Origin: Tubiluchus corallicola
Taxonomy: Eukaryota > Animalia > Priapulida
Direction of reading: 5' to 3'
Length of the DNA: 64,000 nucleotides
Assembly: GCA_030141605.1 (NCBI GenBank)
Contig: JAQGDQ010000467.1
Span: 114,579 to 178,578 of the forward strand
This document shows, in pieces, positions 36,901-50,657 of the stretch. Under the pieces are notes generated by a model. That model worked only from the letters and a program-made list of their open reading frames with translations. It was not told the DNA's origin and made no database searches. The position numbers and the translations under genes are program-made. How positions within the stretch are numbered: the first letter of the stretch is position 1; each line of letters begins with the position of its first letter.

Positions 36901-39900
36901 TAAGCCTTTCTTTTGAGTAGCATTTCTTGTCCTTTAAGCAATTTTGGTGACATATTTACTCTACCAAACAGAATATCCTTTGTATAAGTGTGGGTCTTTT
37001 TAAGACTGTCTGTGGAAGTTAGAATTGTACATTGTAATTAGGTGCTGCCATCTATGTGCTAATCCTGTTATATTCTACCAGCTGACTTACTTTCAGTATA
37101 ATTGTATGGTCCAGTGACTACATACACACTGGTGCTCTCTCTATCTAAAATTAATGGTTGTTGTGAAGCCTGTGCAAGTCTGCATAGGTCAAGTTCTATA
37201 CCTGTATACTGGCTGTGAAACAAGTTTTACTGACTGTTTTTTGCTTTCTAGTTTTTGCTCAATGTTCAGTGCAGCAATTTGCTACTCATATTTTCTGTAG
37301 TTTAATAAACACTTTTCTGTTGTGTGCAGTGCAAATATTTATTATAGATTTTTGGTTCCTATTCGCCAAAGCTCCTCTGTGCCTAAGCTCAATCATAACA
37401 AAGTGATTGAACAACAACTTCAAAAATGACTTTCACACTGTCTAGGAAAAAAGTATCCCTAGTTAACTCTTCGGCATGGTCCATCTTTTTGTGGACATAG
37501 ACACTAAAAAGATGTAAAATAATCTCATTCATTTTATCATGTATTGGGTGAATGTGACTTGAATGAGTCGAATAATTATTTTAAAACTGGTTGCTATTCC
37601 GACGCGAATGTATGCTAATCTGAGAGCGCATGATTTATTCTGGTTAAAAAGGTTCCCGACATTGCAACCATGACTTTTAGTATAATATGTAAATTGTAGT
37701 AAAGTCACTAAGGCATAGCCGATGACTGCTTAAATGACATTTGACGGAGAATAGACCAGACTATGGTTAAATTTAATTTAGCTTATGGTTTTACTTTTTG
37801 CATTTTATGATTAGGAATCTAATTACTATGTTTCAATAAATTATAATACGTGTATGCGCATTTTCAATCTGTTGACATCGGGATATTTTGTACCTTTTGT
37901 TATCTAGAATTTCCCATTTATAATTTTTTCAGATGTTCGCTTGTTATTAAGCAATGATCAGCTACTGAAAGAAGGTGCATCAGGGTAAGGACAAATCTAA
38001 CCAAATCCTATACAAAGTTTATATGTAAAGATTCGCTGCAAAAAACTAGTTTTTATAACCATTGTAAATATAAAATATAGGTGAGAATCGAAACGTGAGC
38101 ATTAAATTCTAATCTTTATCTCAAACTCTTTTAAGTTATTAAAGTTATACAGTTAAACCTCTTTATACCAGCTATTTTGGATCTGTAAAATAAGTTGGCT
38201 TTAAGCAACTTTGCTATTATAATGAGGTGGTTTAATACATACATGTCTGTGCAAATATAGACATTTGTTTTGCCAAAAATGTGGATGTGGCATTATAAAG
38301 AGGGCTGTTATAATGAGGTTTGACTGTAGTTACATTTATAGTCTGGCGTTCCTGTAAAAATACATTATAACTGTTGAATTTTAATTGTGCTAAATAAAAC
38401 TGTATTTTTCTATACCGTGTTATATATGATGAGTAAAGATTAGTGCTAGTCGAAATTTGAATTCTCTTTTCTATCCTGTGCGTGGGAGGGCGGGCGGGCA
38501 TGTTTGTGTGTAATTAAGCTTTATAAAGATCTCCAGGTCCTCCAGTACATAATCTTTTAAGCAGTGGCACGAAAGGTCAATCAGTGACTAAAAGAATTGC
38601 CCAAGGTTTTAGTTCATCTGTACCAGCTTTTCAGCATTTTACTTGTTTGTTAAAATTTGAAGCGTATAGTAACATATGAAAGACCCTGTATAACAAGTTC
38701 ACTTTTAATAGCCTTTCAAACAAACAAGAGTGAAGTCCTCTAGCTAAGATAGCTTTATTTTGCCATTTTAAAAATAAATTCAAAATTAACCATTTTTCTG
38801 CTTTAACTATTTAAGGTGGTGTTACTCAAAAGAAACTACATTAGCTTCTGCTTTCTTGATCCTATATGCTGTAGCGGATAGCCCTATAGGCTGAAGCCTA
38901 AGGCCCGGATCAAAAGGGGCCGGGCAAAATAAAACGAAAAAAATTTTTTTTGTAAAAAAAAATAAATTGACAAAAAAGAGCAAGGGGCCCGCCAAAATAT
39001 AAGAATAAGTACTAATAGGAATAATATAAGAATACTTACTAATAAGTATAAGAAATTAGTAAGAAACTAAAGTTACTTTCAGAGTTTCTGATTGGCTTAT
39101 TTTAGTTGACATCTAACCCAGAAACTCACCAAGCTGTAATCGTGTTTATATAGTCCTAGTCCACAACTCAAGGATCAAAAAGATATAATTTTTATCACAA
39201 TCGGTGGGCAAAAACTCACAAAATTAAACAAACTTACAAACGACGAGAGCTCCACAAAAACACGTCAGCTCAGCAGTGTAGCAACATTTAAAAGGCCCGT
39301 TCCAAGCTCAAGCCTAAGGCCCATAAAATCATAATCCGCCCCTGCCTATATGAAATTCAAAGTTTGTATTTTAGCTGGAAAAGATGTTTGTCTTTCACAA
39401 ACCACTATGAAAATTTTATATTTTACTCTATCCTTTGCACCGTGTCAGAGACTGTTGAAGCTAGTTGACTAGAGCCGTTATTATGGGCACCAGCGAGTAG
39501 GCTTGTAATGATACACCGATGCATCGTGCTATCTTTCACTACATAGACATAGACATAGAACATTTATTTTCTCCAATTTGTTTGACATAAAAAGTTTTTT
39601 AAATATTACGTAATTATAATCGTGGAGCAGGGCAGGGAAGGACCATAGGGTCATCTAGTCTCCTGCCCTGTCTTATAATTAAATTAGTTTATTAAAAATA
39701 AATGGTGAGGCTGCAGATAACAAAAACAAAAACAAATAAGAAAAAATAATAATAAAAAACAGTATAAATGAAAACAGTATAAGTGAAAACAAAAAATAAT
39801 AAAGTTAGATGATACCTAAATCTAAACAAAACAATACAATTAATCAGTAATTATGATTATTATATATAATATTTTCAAATAGGGGTCTTATTGACAGGGG

Positions 39901-42900
39901 AATTTGACCAAGGTTAGTGAGTAAAGTTAAAAAACTGAGAGTATGGAAAGATAAAATAAGTATCAAAAAAGTGTAATATAGAAAAATTTAACAGAAAAAG
40001 TAAGTATAAGAAAGAGTACTACAATATGCGTATTGTCAAAGCGTGCTTGTATCGGGCTATCTGAATCAATGACCATATGTTGATAAGAGTGATTTGAAGT
40101 GATTCAAGCTGTAGCCGTAGAACGTGCAGTAGATACCTCTCAATGCTGAAGTGCAGTGAGCAATGGTTGAGTTGACAATGGCACTGCCAGTAGCCAGAGC
40201 AGTTGAAAATGTATCTGTTTCTAATCTGCAATAGGCTAAATATGTTGTCTTCATATAAACTTGTGAAATGACAAAAGTGAACCAGAAAATGCACTAGCAA
40301 TTTTTAAACCTAAAGTATTGATGTGTTTTACTTTTCTGGTGGCTTACAATGTAAACAATCGCCTGTACGTTACACAAGTAGTAAAAGTCAAGCAGTTTGT
40401 TGAGTTATTTTAGCATTTAGCAATCCTAAAACTGTCGACTGACGAATATGTTTAGCATTTTTATCAACGGCGTCTCTAGTTTTTTTTATAAAGCCTGCAA
40501 ACATTAACACAGGTGCATTGTGTTAGGCATCGTATCATGATTATAGTATCGTGATTATAGTATCATGATTATAGTATCGTGATTATAGTATCGTGACTAT
40601 AGTAATGTGACTATAGTATCGTGATTATAGTATCGCGATTATAGTATCGTGATTATAGTATCGCGATTATAGTATCGTGATTATAGTATCGTGATTATAG
40701 TATCGTGATTATAGTATCGTGACTATAGTAATGTGACTATAGTATCGTGATTATAGCATCGTGACTATAGCATCGTGACTATAGTATCGTGATTGTAGTG
40801 TTGCGATCGTGATTATAGTATCGTGATTATAGTATCGTGATTATAGTATCGTGATTATAGTATCGTGATTATAGTATCGTGATTATAGTATCGTGACTAT
40901 AGTAATGTGACTATAGTATCGTGATTATAGTATCGCGATTATAGTATCGTGATTATAGTATCGCGATTATAGTATCGTGATTATAGTATCGTGATTATAG
41001 CATCGTGATTATAGCATCGTGACTATAGCATCGTGACTATAGCATCGTGATTATAGCATCGTGATTATAGCATCGTGAGTATAGCATCGTGACTATAGCA
41101 TCGTGACTATAGTATCGTGATTATAGTATCGTGATTATAGTATCGTGATTATAGTATCGTGATTATAGTATCGTGACTATAGTATCGTGATTATAGTATC
41201 GTGACTATAGTATCGTGACTATAGTATCGTGACTATAGTATCGTGATTATAGTATCGTGATTATAGTATCGTGATTATAGTATCGTGATTATAGTATCGT
41301 GATTATAGTATCGTGATTATAGTATCGTGACTATAGTAATGTGACTATAGTATCGTGATTATAGTATCGCGATTATAGTATCGCGATTATAGTATCGCGA
41401 TTATAGCATCGTGATTATAGCATCGTGACTATAGCATCGTGACTATAGTATCGTGATTATAGTATCGTGATTATAGTATCGTGATTATAGTATCGTGATT
41501 ATAGTATCGTGATTATAGCATCGTGATTATAGCATCGTGACTATAGCATCGTGACTATAGCATCGTGATTATAGTATCGTGATTATAGTATCGTGACTAT
41601 AGTATCGTGACTATAGTATCGTGACTATAGTATCGTGATTATAGTATCGTGATTATAGTATCGTGATTATAGTATCGTGATTATAGTATCGTGATTATAG
41701 CATCGTGACTATAGCATCGTGATTATAGCATCGTGACTATAGCATCGTGACTATAGCATCGTGACTATAGCATCGTGATTATAGTATCGTGATTATAGTA
41801 TCGTGATTATAGCATCGTGACTATAGCATCGTGACTATAGCATCGTGACTATAGCATCGTGATTGTAGTGTCGCGATTGTAGTGTCGCGATTGTAGTGTC
41901 GCGATTGTAGTGTCGCGATTGTAGTGTCGCGATTGTAGTATCGCGATTATAGTATCGGGATTATAGTATCGCGATTATAGTATCGCGATTATAGTATCAT
42001 GATTATGTATTGTGACCTAGATGTATCCTTACAGCCCTATCAGCGCGTCTCTTACATTATTTACAAAACATTTTCAACACTGTTGGTCTTTAGTTAAATT
42101 ATTATTTTTTATTTTATTTATTATTATTATCACATTCAGTACAATATAAAGCACACAGTGACATCAAAATTATTACATCTACTATATTAAATTGTTATGT
42201 TTCATACACTATCGTTATCATAAAAGAATAATTGTACTGCAGTGGGCTAGAGAAGCAAAGGCTTGTATAAGCCCACTGTCATGTGAACCTGATAAAAAAA
42301 GAATGGATGAGTGAACAAAAAAAAGAACTGGGAGAAAGGTTAGATCACACAGGAAGGGTAGAAGGATGTGTTAGTGTAAATGGTAGAAAGAAAGATAATA
42401 GATTGCGCGATGTTGACATCAGCTCTAAAGATTTATCAATGATGCCTTGTTTTGCATAATCTGTTTAGATTAGCATTTGTAATTAATTTACACCTTTGCT
42501 TAATTCATTCACATTTTGTTTGCAACTAATCTGGCTACTCTTACTAATTCTCTTACAGGGCATTTGCACAATATAATAAGGACCAGTTCACACCCGTAGA
42601 TATAGCCAACTCGAACCACAAGAGCCTCATTACGGAACATGGCGATCGCGGTGGCAACACATTCTTTGATCCACATTCAAAGCAGACATTTAGGTACGAA
42701 CCAGAAACACATCGGGCTAGTATTTGCCAGAAAATCACTGTTGCTTTGTTGAAATTTAGTTTATATTTGGTTTACACATGATTTTATTGAAGATGGACCA
42801 TCAGACAAACTAGGTTTGAAACAGACAGTTTTGCAACTGATGTATGTTCCCCCCCCCCCATGTGGGAGCGAAATGCTAGACGGATGTAGAACAATGGTGA

Positions 42901-45900
42901 CTACAATGTACAACAAATGCTGCTATAATTATGAACATTGTGTAAGAAGAACAAACATAGCTCAAATTGTTTGCAATAAAAGACTGCATTAATGCAAAAA
43001 CTTGAGTGCTCACAGGGTTCCCATACAGGGACAGATTTGTTGCAAGACTGTAAACATCTATGTTGAATGTCGACAAAAGAGTGCAGAGATTTGTAAATAA
43101 ATCATGTCTGGCCTGGTGATTGTTGCTTTGTTGAAGTGATCCTGGTGATTGTTGACATGTGACATGTCTGTTGATCGTGGTGACTGTTGACGTGTGAGCT
43201 TGGTGACATGTCTGGCCTGATGATTGCTGCTTTGTTGAAGTGATCCTGGTGATTGTTGTCATGTGACATGTCTGTTGAGCGTGGTGGCTGTTGACGTGTG
43301 AGCTTGGTGACATGTGTGGCCTGATGATTGTTGCTTTGTTGAAGTGATCCTGGTGATTGTTGACATGTGACATGTCTGTTGAGCGTGGTGGCTGTTGACG
43401 TGTGAGCTTGGTGACATGTCTGGCCTGATGATTGCTGCTTTGTTGAAGTGATCCTGGTGATTGTTGACATGTGACATGTCTGTTGAGCGCATTGGCTGTT
43501 GACGTGTGAGCTTGGTGACATGTCTGGCCTGATGATTGCTGCTTTGTTGAAGTGATCCTGGTGATTGTTGACATGTGACATGTCTGTTGAGCGTGTGGTG
43601 GCTGTTGACGTGTGAGCTTAGTGACATGTCTGGCCTGATGATTGTTGCTTTGTTGAAGTGATCCTGGTGATTGTTGACATGTGACATGTCTGTTGAGCGT
43701 GGTGGCTGTTGACGTGTGAGCTTGGTGACATGTCTGGCCTGATGATTGTTGCTTTGTTGAAGTGATCCTGGTGATTGTTGACATGTGACATGTCTGTTGA
43801 TCGTGGTGACTGTTGACGTGTGTGCTTGGTGATATGTCTGGCCTGATGATTGTTGCTTTGTTGAAGTGATCCTGGTGATTGTTGACATGTGACATGTCTG
43901 TTGAGCGTGGTGGCTGTTGACGTGTGAGTTTGGTGACATGTCTGGCCTGATGATTGTTGCTTTGTTGAAGTGATCCTGGTGATTGTTGACATGTGACATG
44001 TCTGTTGAGCCTGGTGGCTGTTGACGTGTGAGCTTGGTGACATGTCTGGCCTGATGATTGTTGCTTTGTTGAAGTGATCCTGGTGATTGTTGACATGTGA
44101 CATGTCTGTTGAGCCTGGTGGCTGTTGACATGTGAGCTTGGTGACATGTCTGGCCTGATGATTGCTGCTTTGTTGAAGTGATCCTGGTGATTGTTGTCAT
44201 GTGACATGTCTGTTGAGCGTGGTGGCTGTTGACGTGTGAGCTTGGTGACATGTCTGGCCTGATGATTGTTGCTTTGTTGAAGTGATCCTGGTGATTGTTG
44301 ACATGTGACATGTCTGGTGAACGTGATGATTGTTGACATGTCTCATTGTCTGGTGATCCTGGTGATTGTTGACATGTGACGTGTCTGTTGGGCCTGGTGA
44401 CTGTTGACGTGTGAGTTTGGTGAGCCTGGTGACATGTCTGGCCAGATGATTGTTGCTTTGTTGAAGTGATCCTGGTGATTGTTGAAATGTGACATGTCTG
44501 TTGAGCCTGGTGACTGTTGACATGTGAGTTTGGTGAGCCTGTGACTGCTGACGTGTGAGTTTGGTGAGCCTGGTGACTGCTGACGTGTGAGTTTGGTGAA
44601 CCTGGTGACTGCTGACGTGTGAGTTTGGTGATCTTGTGACTGCTGACGTGTGAGTTTGGTGAGCCTGTGACTGCTGACGTGTGAGTTTGGTGAGGCTGTG
44701 ACTGCTGACGTGTGAGTTTGGTGAGCCTGTGACTGCTGACGTGTGAGTTTGGTGAGCCTGGTGACTGCTGACGTGTGAGTTTGGTGAGCCTGGTGACTGC
44801 TGACGTGTGAGTTTGGTGAGGCTGGTGACATGTCTGGCCCGATGATTGTTGCTTTGTTGAAGTTTAGTTTAGTATACATTTCTTAGTTTGTACGCGACAT
44901 GCATTCGACTTCGTTTTATCTGAAGAAAAATTAAAAATTCTTTCTGCTAAACCAATGCCAAAACATTAAGTAACTGGTATAATGATAATTAATAATAATA
45001 TGACATGACGAAATGAGAAGAGATGAAACTTACATCTTTGCCGCATACCGGTGACTCACTTCTTTCATATCCTAACTGTGAAATGAGGCCAATGGCCTAT
45101 TTCCTGACCTAGCTCACCTGTCTAAACTAGGAAAAACAAACACCAGGAGGCACCACGTGCTTATATCCAAAACACAGTTTGACTTTTTCACTTGTTAGTA
45201 AACTTTGCTGCTTGCATTTGTATGTCAACATCAGCTGCTTATCACTTTTACTACAAATCAGTCAAGGCATTTTTCAAAATGTTACCATCTGTTTTTGACA
45301 GGTATGATCACCTGCGTAAGGAGGCTGTCGATTACCAGCCTGCAGAGGTTGATTCGACCGCTGAGCCATGGAGGGCAGCACTGGAGACGGCATTTATCGC
45401 TTACGTAGAGAATCACTACAAGAACGGTGTGTGTTCGGTATACGGGACGAGTGAAGATGGAACAATAGAATTAACAGCGTGCATTGAAGATCACATATAT
45501 ACACCAAAAAATTTTTGGTAATATTTTTCATTAATGTCTCTTCATGTGCATTGGTGTCAACCAGTACTTAGTACATGATACACAGGGGGCGTATCAAGAC
45601 TTTACAACGCCCTGGGCTGATAGTTTCTCCCACCCATCTTTATTGTGAATTTATTATTGTTTATTGAGCAGATCAAGCAATTACTTGTGGTGTATTAGAA
45701 ACACTATTAACCTAGTTTCTACACGATCATTATTAATTACATGTATTTGCATAGCGCTTATATTCAAGTAGGCTGCACAACTGCTTGTTGTGTAATACCT
45801 TGCACTTGTATGTGGCACTTATATAGAAGCTGTGCTCAGTAACTGCTTGTGGTGTGTTATAAAATGCGACCTTTACGTGAACATGAAAGAACACAGATTT

Positions 45901-47057
45901 TCCGAGGAAATGAGAATTTTTTCTTTAATGCGACGCCCTCAAAGTTTGGCACCCTAGGCAATAGCCTAGTTAGCGTATTGGTTAATATGCCCCTGATGAT
46001 ACATGGTACATGATAATAACTTCCCTTGAAATTTTCAACAGAGTTTTTTATTTAACGTAAAATATATGACAAAGTTCAAACTGCTAACTATGATGATACC
46101 AGTAATAAATCAGTTACTTTATACAGGTAACTGCAAAAAAATTTGTTAAATAGTGTTAGAATTGCCAACAATTTCTGAATGCGGATTCGTGAATTTTAAT
46201 GAGAAATGTTACCGCCCAATCACAGCACTTCGACTTCTCTTCATTTTGAGTCAGTTCAGTTACCGTTGCAGTTACCATTTACCGTGATACGCTTACTGTT
46301 TATCAAATTTAAAAACTTGTAGGAAGGATACAGTTTAAAACAGGGGTGTGCAAATTGCGGCCCGCGGGACACTTGCGGCCCGCGAAGAGATTTGTCAACC
46401 TAATGGAAGTGCGGCCCGGGCGAGATTAATTGAGTGTATCCAGCTGAAGTCCGTGCCACGATCCCAAAGATAGTGCGGGTAGTTTTTTCTACTAGATCGG
46501 ATGCCATTAACCCTTACAAGAAGGTTGTAGCTTAATGTCGCTGTACTACACAGACTGTGTGATACACATTACTAATATGCATTGTAATGAAATTACCACT
46601 ATCTGTCCTGAAAGTAGAAATATATGGTTTGTAATATAAATTTTAATAACCTGTAAAATAGTTTCTTGAGTGTAGTAGTAATGATGTACGCAGGTCGGAT
46701 GCAAAAAAATTGTTATTAGGCCTTTCTGTACTTGGCTCCTTGATCAAACTGCCTGTGGCCCGCTTGTTGTGACCACTTAACTGTTTTTTTGCTCGAGGGA
46801 TCTAAGTGAGAAAAATAGAGGGAATTCAAATTTACTCATTGTGACCAAACATTGTGCTTTTTATCACGGAAGCATTTGAATCTTTATTGTACGAATTTTA
46901 GGAATGGACGCTGGCGATCTCAGTGGTCTGTTAGTTTCTCACCGTCTTCCGGTTCAGCCGAGCTTAAAGGCGTCCTCAAAGTACAGGTAAATCAGCACTA
47001 TTTTCTTGTCGAATCAGCACCGAGGTAACATTTTTTTGCTTTATGCGAACATACTGC

Positions 47058-47126
<69 letters not shown>

Positions 47127-49777
47127 GTCTCTCTTTCTCTCTCCCTCTCTCCCTCCCTCCCTCCCTCCCTCCCTCTCTCTCTCTCGTCTCTCTGTCCTGT
47201 GTCTCTCTGTCCTGTGTCTCTCTCTCTCTCGTAAATTGCGTAATTTTATTTTTTTCGTATTTATTTTTTATTTTTCTATTTCATTTGGAGGCACAAAATT
47301 CACTTCGCCTAGGGCCTCCAATTACCTAAGGCCGGCCCTGTGTATGGGCACTTGTACATAAACACCAAGTTTAGGTTTTTTATTAAACGTAGATCAGTGT
47401 GTGAATAACAATACAGGCAAAATGTTTTTGTAGGTGAACTTACATTCTTGAAATCATAAATAAAGTTTTCTTTTTTGAGTTTTAAAAATTTTCTTTTTCT
47501 TTTGCCAGGCGCCCAGTCAAATTTCTTGCATTTATTTTTGGAAAATATAAAATGTACAAAAAATAAGCATCACTAGTATAAATTAAACGTGTTTTAAAAG
47601 CCAGAATTACACGAGAACCTGTTGAGTTAAACTAAGAATGTGACGGAATCTGATGAAATTTTTTAATTTTGAAATGCACACATATTTTACTTATTCTACG
47701 TAAAGTTATTTGACATGTTACGATTTCACACAGAATGTACTGAGCACGTAAGTTTCTTGAAAAAGTTACTCGTTATTAATGCTTTGCGCTTCAGTAACTA
47801 GTGAGGCGTTTAACAATAGTGATGACTAATAACCTTTTCAGACCCAAAGTATTTTTTTAATAAGAAAAATTTTTTTGGCCTGGTACTTTTGTTCAGTATG
47901 TCCATCTTGTTTACACATAATTATTTTTTCTACCTGTGCCAGCGTGTTAAATAATCCCACGGGATACATTGGGATTCAATGGAAGCATAAAATGTGCTTC
48001 ATTTTGCAACTGCTGATAATTTTTTAAAGTATTTAAGACATTTAGTATGCACGCTACGCTGATCTGTACAAAATCGTCTCTAAAGTATTGTACCTTGCAC
48101 AGTTTTTTATGCTATGTAGATTTTCTAGTTTGCCAGTTTATCACCATTTTTAGTCTATTGTTATTGGCTTAAATCAAAATAACTATTAACAGACCAAATA
48201 ACTGTCAGTTTTAAAATTTCATTGATTTTAAAGGCAAAAAATATTCTCGTATCCCACGGGATACAACGGGTATAAAAGGGATAATGTATTTTAATCAATT
48301 ACGTTATTATATATATATATCTCTTAGGTGCATTACTATGAGGACGGTAATGTTCAGCTAGTAAGCTCTAAAGATGTGCAAGAACCGCTTACAGTTTCTA
48401 ATGAAAGTCAAACCGCTAAAGAGTTTGTCAAGCTGGTGGAAGATGCAGAAAATGAATATCAGGTATTTTAAGAGTTTACTCTTTCTTGCTGAGATGCATG
48501 TGGTGGAGATGAGGATGTTGAGATGGATGGTGGGAATGACAAGAAGAGATAAAATTAGAAATAATAATATCAGAGGAACAGTGAAAGTAGTGGAAGCCCC
48601 GAAAAAGATACAAGAGGCAAGATTGCGATGGTATGGACACCCGAAAAGAAGAGTCGGGGAAGATCATGTGGGAATGGACGTCCTGGAAATTGAAGTGCTG
48701 GGAAATAGAAGAAGAGGACGACCCAAGCTGAGATGGTTTGAATGTATTAGTGGAGACCTTAGAGAGAAGAACATAAATGAAGAGATGGTCAACAACAGGA
48801 ATGCATGGAGAAGACTCATTCACAATGGCGACCCCGCGTAGGGAAAAGCTGGGAAGAAGAAGAAGACTCTTTCTTGCTGAGTTGCTGCTTAGATTTGTCA
48901 TTACAGGTCCACTTAAGATGGATAATGCTTTTTCCTGCCTGCTCCTATCAGTTTTCATTTTTCATTGAGCTGCGGTTTGATTAAAGGGAAAGGAAAGGCA
49001 ATTTTAACACACATCCCAATGACTTTTCTTATAAGATTATATTACTTTGCATTACGCTTACCAGTCTGAACGACTTATTGAAATGGAAAAAAAAATTGTT
49101 AATAATTTAAAGTATTCTCTCCACCTTGTTTACATCACGTACCTCAGTGCAACCACGTGTATATCTCTATGTATAAAAATATTAAATCAATTGTGTGGAG
49201 TTATTTGAGTCAATTGCAGACAGTTTTTATATGCTTCTGCATAGGAGCGGTCGATACTTGGGTGTTTTTGAAACAATTAGGTATCATGTATCCTTGTTAG
49301 TTGGATATTTTAAATTATGCATGAAACAAGGTAGTTGATATTTTAAGTCCACTTAGAGGCTTTCTGTGGTCACAAAATTGCAATTTCAACCCCATTAGTA
49401 GCCTAGGTGGCCCCAAAACCCTTGGCCTGTTTCAGAGTTTTTTGCAATTTGTCATTCTCATCCCTGATAAACTTAGTGCTTAGACTTTTGGTAATTATTT
49501 TTGTATTTATTACCGGTGATAAAATATGCACTTTCGAATGTCATGTTTTCTTTTGCTGGTAAAAAGAAAAATCTCATTTAACTTGCTAACAGTGGCGCAG
49601 CAGTCATTTAAACCAGTTTGTCTTTTATTTATACAGAATGCGATAAACGAGAACTACCAAACCATGTCTGATACGACGTTCAAGGCTTTACGGCGTCAAC
49701 TGCCGGTCACTCGCACCAAAATTGACTGGAGCAAAATTATAGGGTATCGAATCGGCGCCGAGCTGAAACACATGTAG
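33987..49777 (+). CDS. CAPZA: F-actin capping protein subunit alpha (8 exons, 289 aa)
   Basis: Exons 33987-34028, 36439-36502, 37933-37984, 42559-42693, 45302-45517, 46902-46986, 48328-48462, 49637-49777; GT-AG, phases compatible, 870 nt in total; motifs [80 protein letters not shown]. Confidence 0.97.
34268..35864. mobile_element. Non-autonomous DNA transposon, Merlin-like, in CAPZA intron 1
   Basis: Perfect 24-bp TIR GGCGCTATTACACTTTCGCACCTC; perfect 8-bp TSD ATGTTTTG. The superfamily call is inferred from the GG terminus and TSD length. Confidence 0.8.
38150..38326. mobile_element. Tc1/pogo-like MITE
   Basis: TA-CAGTTAAACCTCTTTATA...TATAATGAGGTTTGACTG-TA. Confidence 0.7.
38869..39344. 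mobile_element. hAT-like MITE
   Basis: Perfect 8-bp TSD CCTATATG; right end ATCCGCCCCTG, degenerate left end CTGTAGCGGAT. Confidence 0.7.
39498..42039. mobile_element. hAT-like element carrying a nested retroelement 3' end and an expanded minisatellite
   Basis: TIRs TAGGCTTGTAATGATAC...GTATCCTTACAGCCCTA; TSD CCAGCGAG/TCAGCGCG (6 of 8); related unexpanded copy ends at 50657. Confidence 0.7.
40530..42005. repeat. 14-bp minisatellite (ATAGTATCGTGATT)n, about 100 copies
   Basis: Directly visible, with variants ATAGCATCGTGACT and GTAGTGTCGCGATT. Confidence 0.97.
43103..44860. repeat. 104-bp tandem repeat (about 12 copies) grading into a 28-29-bp repeat
   Basis: CATGTCTGGCCTG at 43103, 43207 and onward; GTGACTGCTGACGTGTGAGTTTGGTGAGCCT units at about 44510-44830. 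Confidence 0.95.
45583..45995. mobile_element. hAT-like MITE
   Basis: CAGGGGGCGTAT...ATATGCCCCTG; perfect 8-bp TSD ATGATACA. Confidence 0.8.
46341..46762 (-). mobile_element. MITE family A, inverted, one end truncated
   Basis: Starts CAGGGGTGTGCAAATTG; reverse complement of 60599-61109. Confidence 0.85.
47059..47230. repeat. (CT)n/(CCCT)n microsatellite
   Basis: Directly visible. Confidence 0.95.
47833..48280 (-). mobile_element. MITE family B, inverted, ends decayed
   Basis: Reverse complement of 567-1023; stops about 45 bp before the CAPZA exon 7 acceptor. Confidence 0.85.
48494..48865 (+). mobile_element. 5'-truncated RTE-clade LINE with 16-bp TSD
   Basis: Encodes [19 protein letters not shown]...RLRWYGH...[10 protein letters not shown] (RTE ORF C-terminus); (GAA)n tail; TSD ACTCTTTCTTGCTGAG at 48478-48493 and 48866-48881. 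Confidence 0.92.
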
Positions 49778-50254
49778 CAACTGCGCCAGTTGCCATTTCT
49801 GCTAGAAGGTGGTAGTAGTAGTAGTTTCTGCCAACAGGTGGTGCTTCATCAGCTTGCTTTGCTTTGATGTCCCGGTGGTGAGAAAGTTTCTCGATACTGT
49901 TATTATTTAGTTCTTCAACAAATTTGACTGTCTGCAGTTTTTGTTGTTTGTTGGAGGGTCTGCACTATCAAGGAAAATGCTGTAATATTGCAAAAAATGA
50001 TGCAATATAATTGAATATATGCTTCATAGAAAAACAGACCACTATACAATAGGCCTGTAATGATACATTGATGATAATCTTTGTAAATGATATTCAGCAA
50101 ATTAGCATTCACTCTGTATGCTGATAAAAATGATGCAAAGTAATTTAAGCTGCAGCTGCAGAGTTTACTGTAGTTATGTAACAATCAGTGAAGTAATTTA
50201 AGCTGCAGCTGCAGAGTTGTACTGTAGATATGTAACAGTCAGTACAGTGAACAG

Positions 50255-50657
50255 TAGTTGACTTGACACATCCACTGCTGGTGGACAAAGTGATGAAAAC
50301 GCAAGGCGTGTAATCTGTAGTAGGCTAGTTACGTTACTTACATGTAAACTTGAGAAATGCCAAATGTGAGTGAGAAAGTGCACAACTCTTAAACCTAAAG
50401 TTTAAAGAGTTTTGCTTTTCTGGTGGCTTACAATGCAAGTAATAGCCTACACATTACACAAGTAATTTATAGAAATCGACTAACTTGTCCATTTTAGCAT
50501 TTAGTAATCCCTAACCAACGACATGATCTAGTTGTTTTTTTGTGAAACCTACAAACGTTCACTCAGGTGTAATAACAGGATACGTATCGTGACGTGAGTT
50601 TAGTATCGCCATATGTATCATATCGTAACCTAACCTAACTGTATCGTTACAGCCCTA
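50255..50657. mobile_element. Partial diverged copy of the 39498-42039 element
   Basis: 50343-50570 resembles 40256-40520; ends GTATCGTTACAGCCCTA. Confidence 0.7.

Noticed and set aside
42876-44879. Long overlapping His/Gln/Thr-rich minus-strand ORFs (up to 487 aa)
   Set aside because: Produced by a stop-free 104-bp repeat in all three frames inside a CAPZA intron; no coding-type constraint visible.
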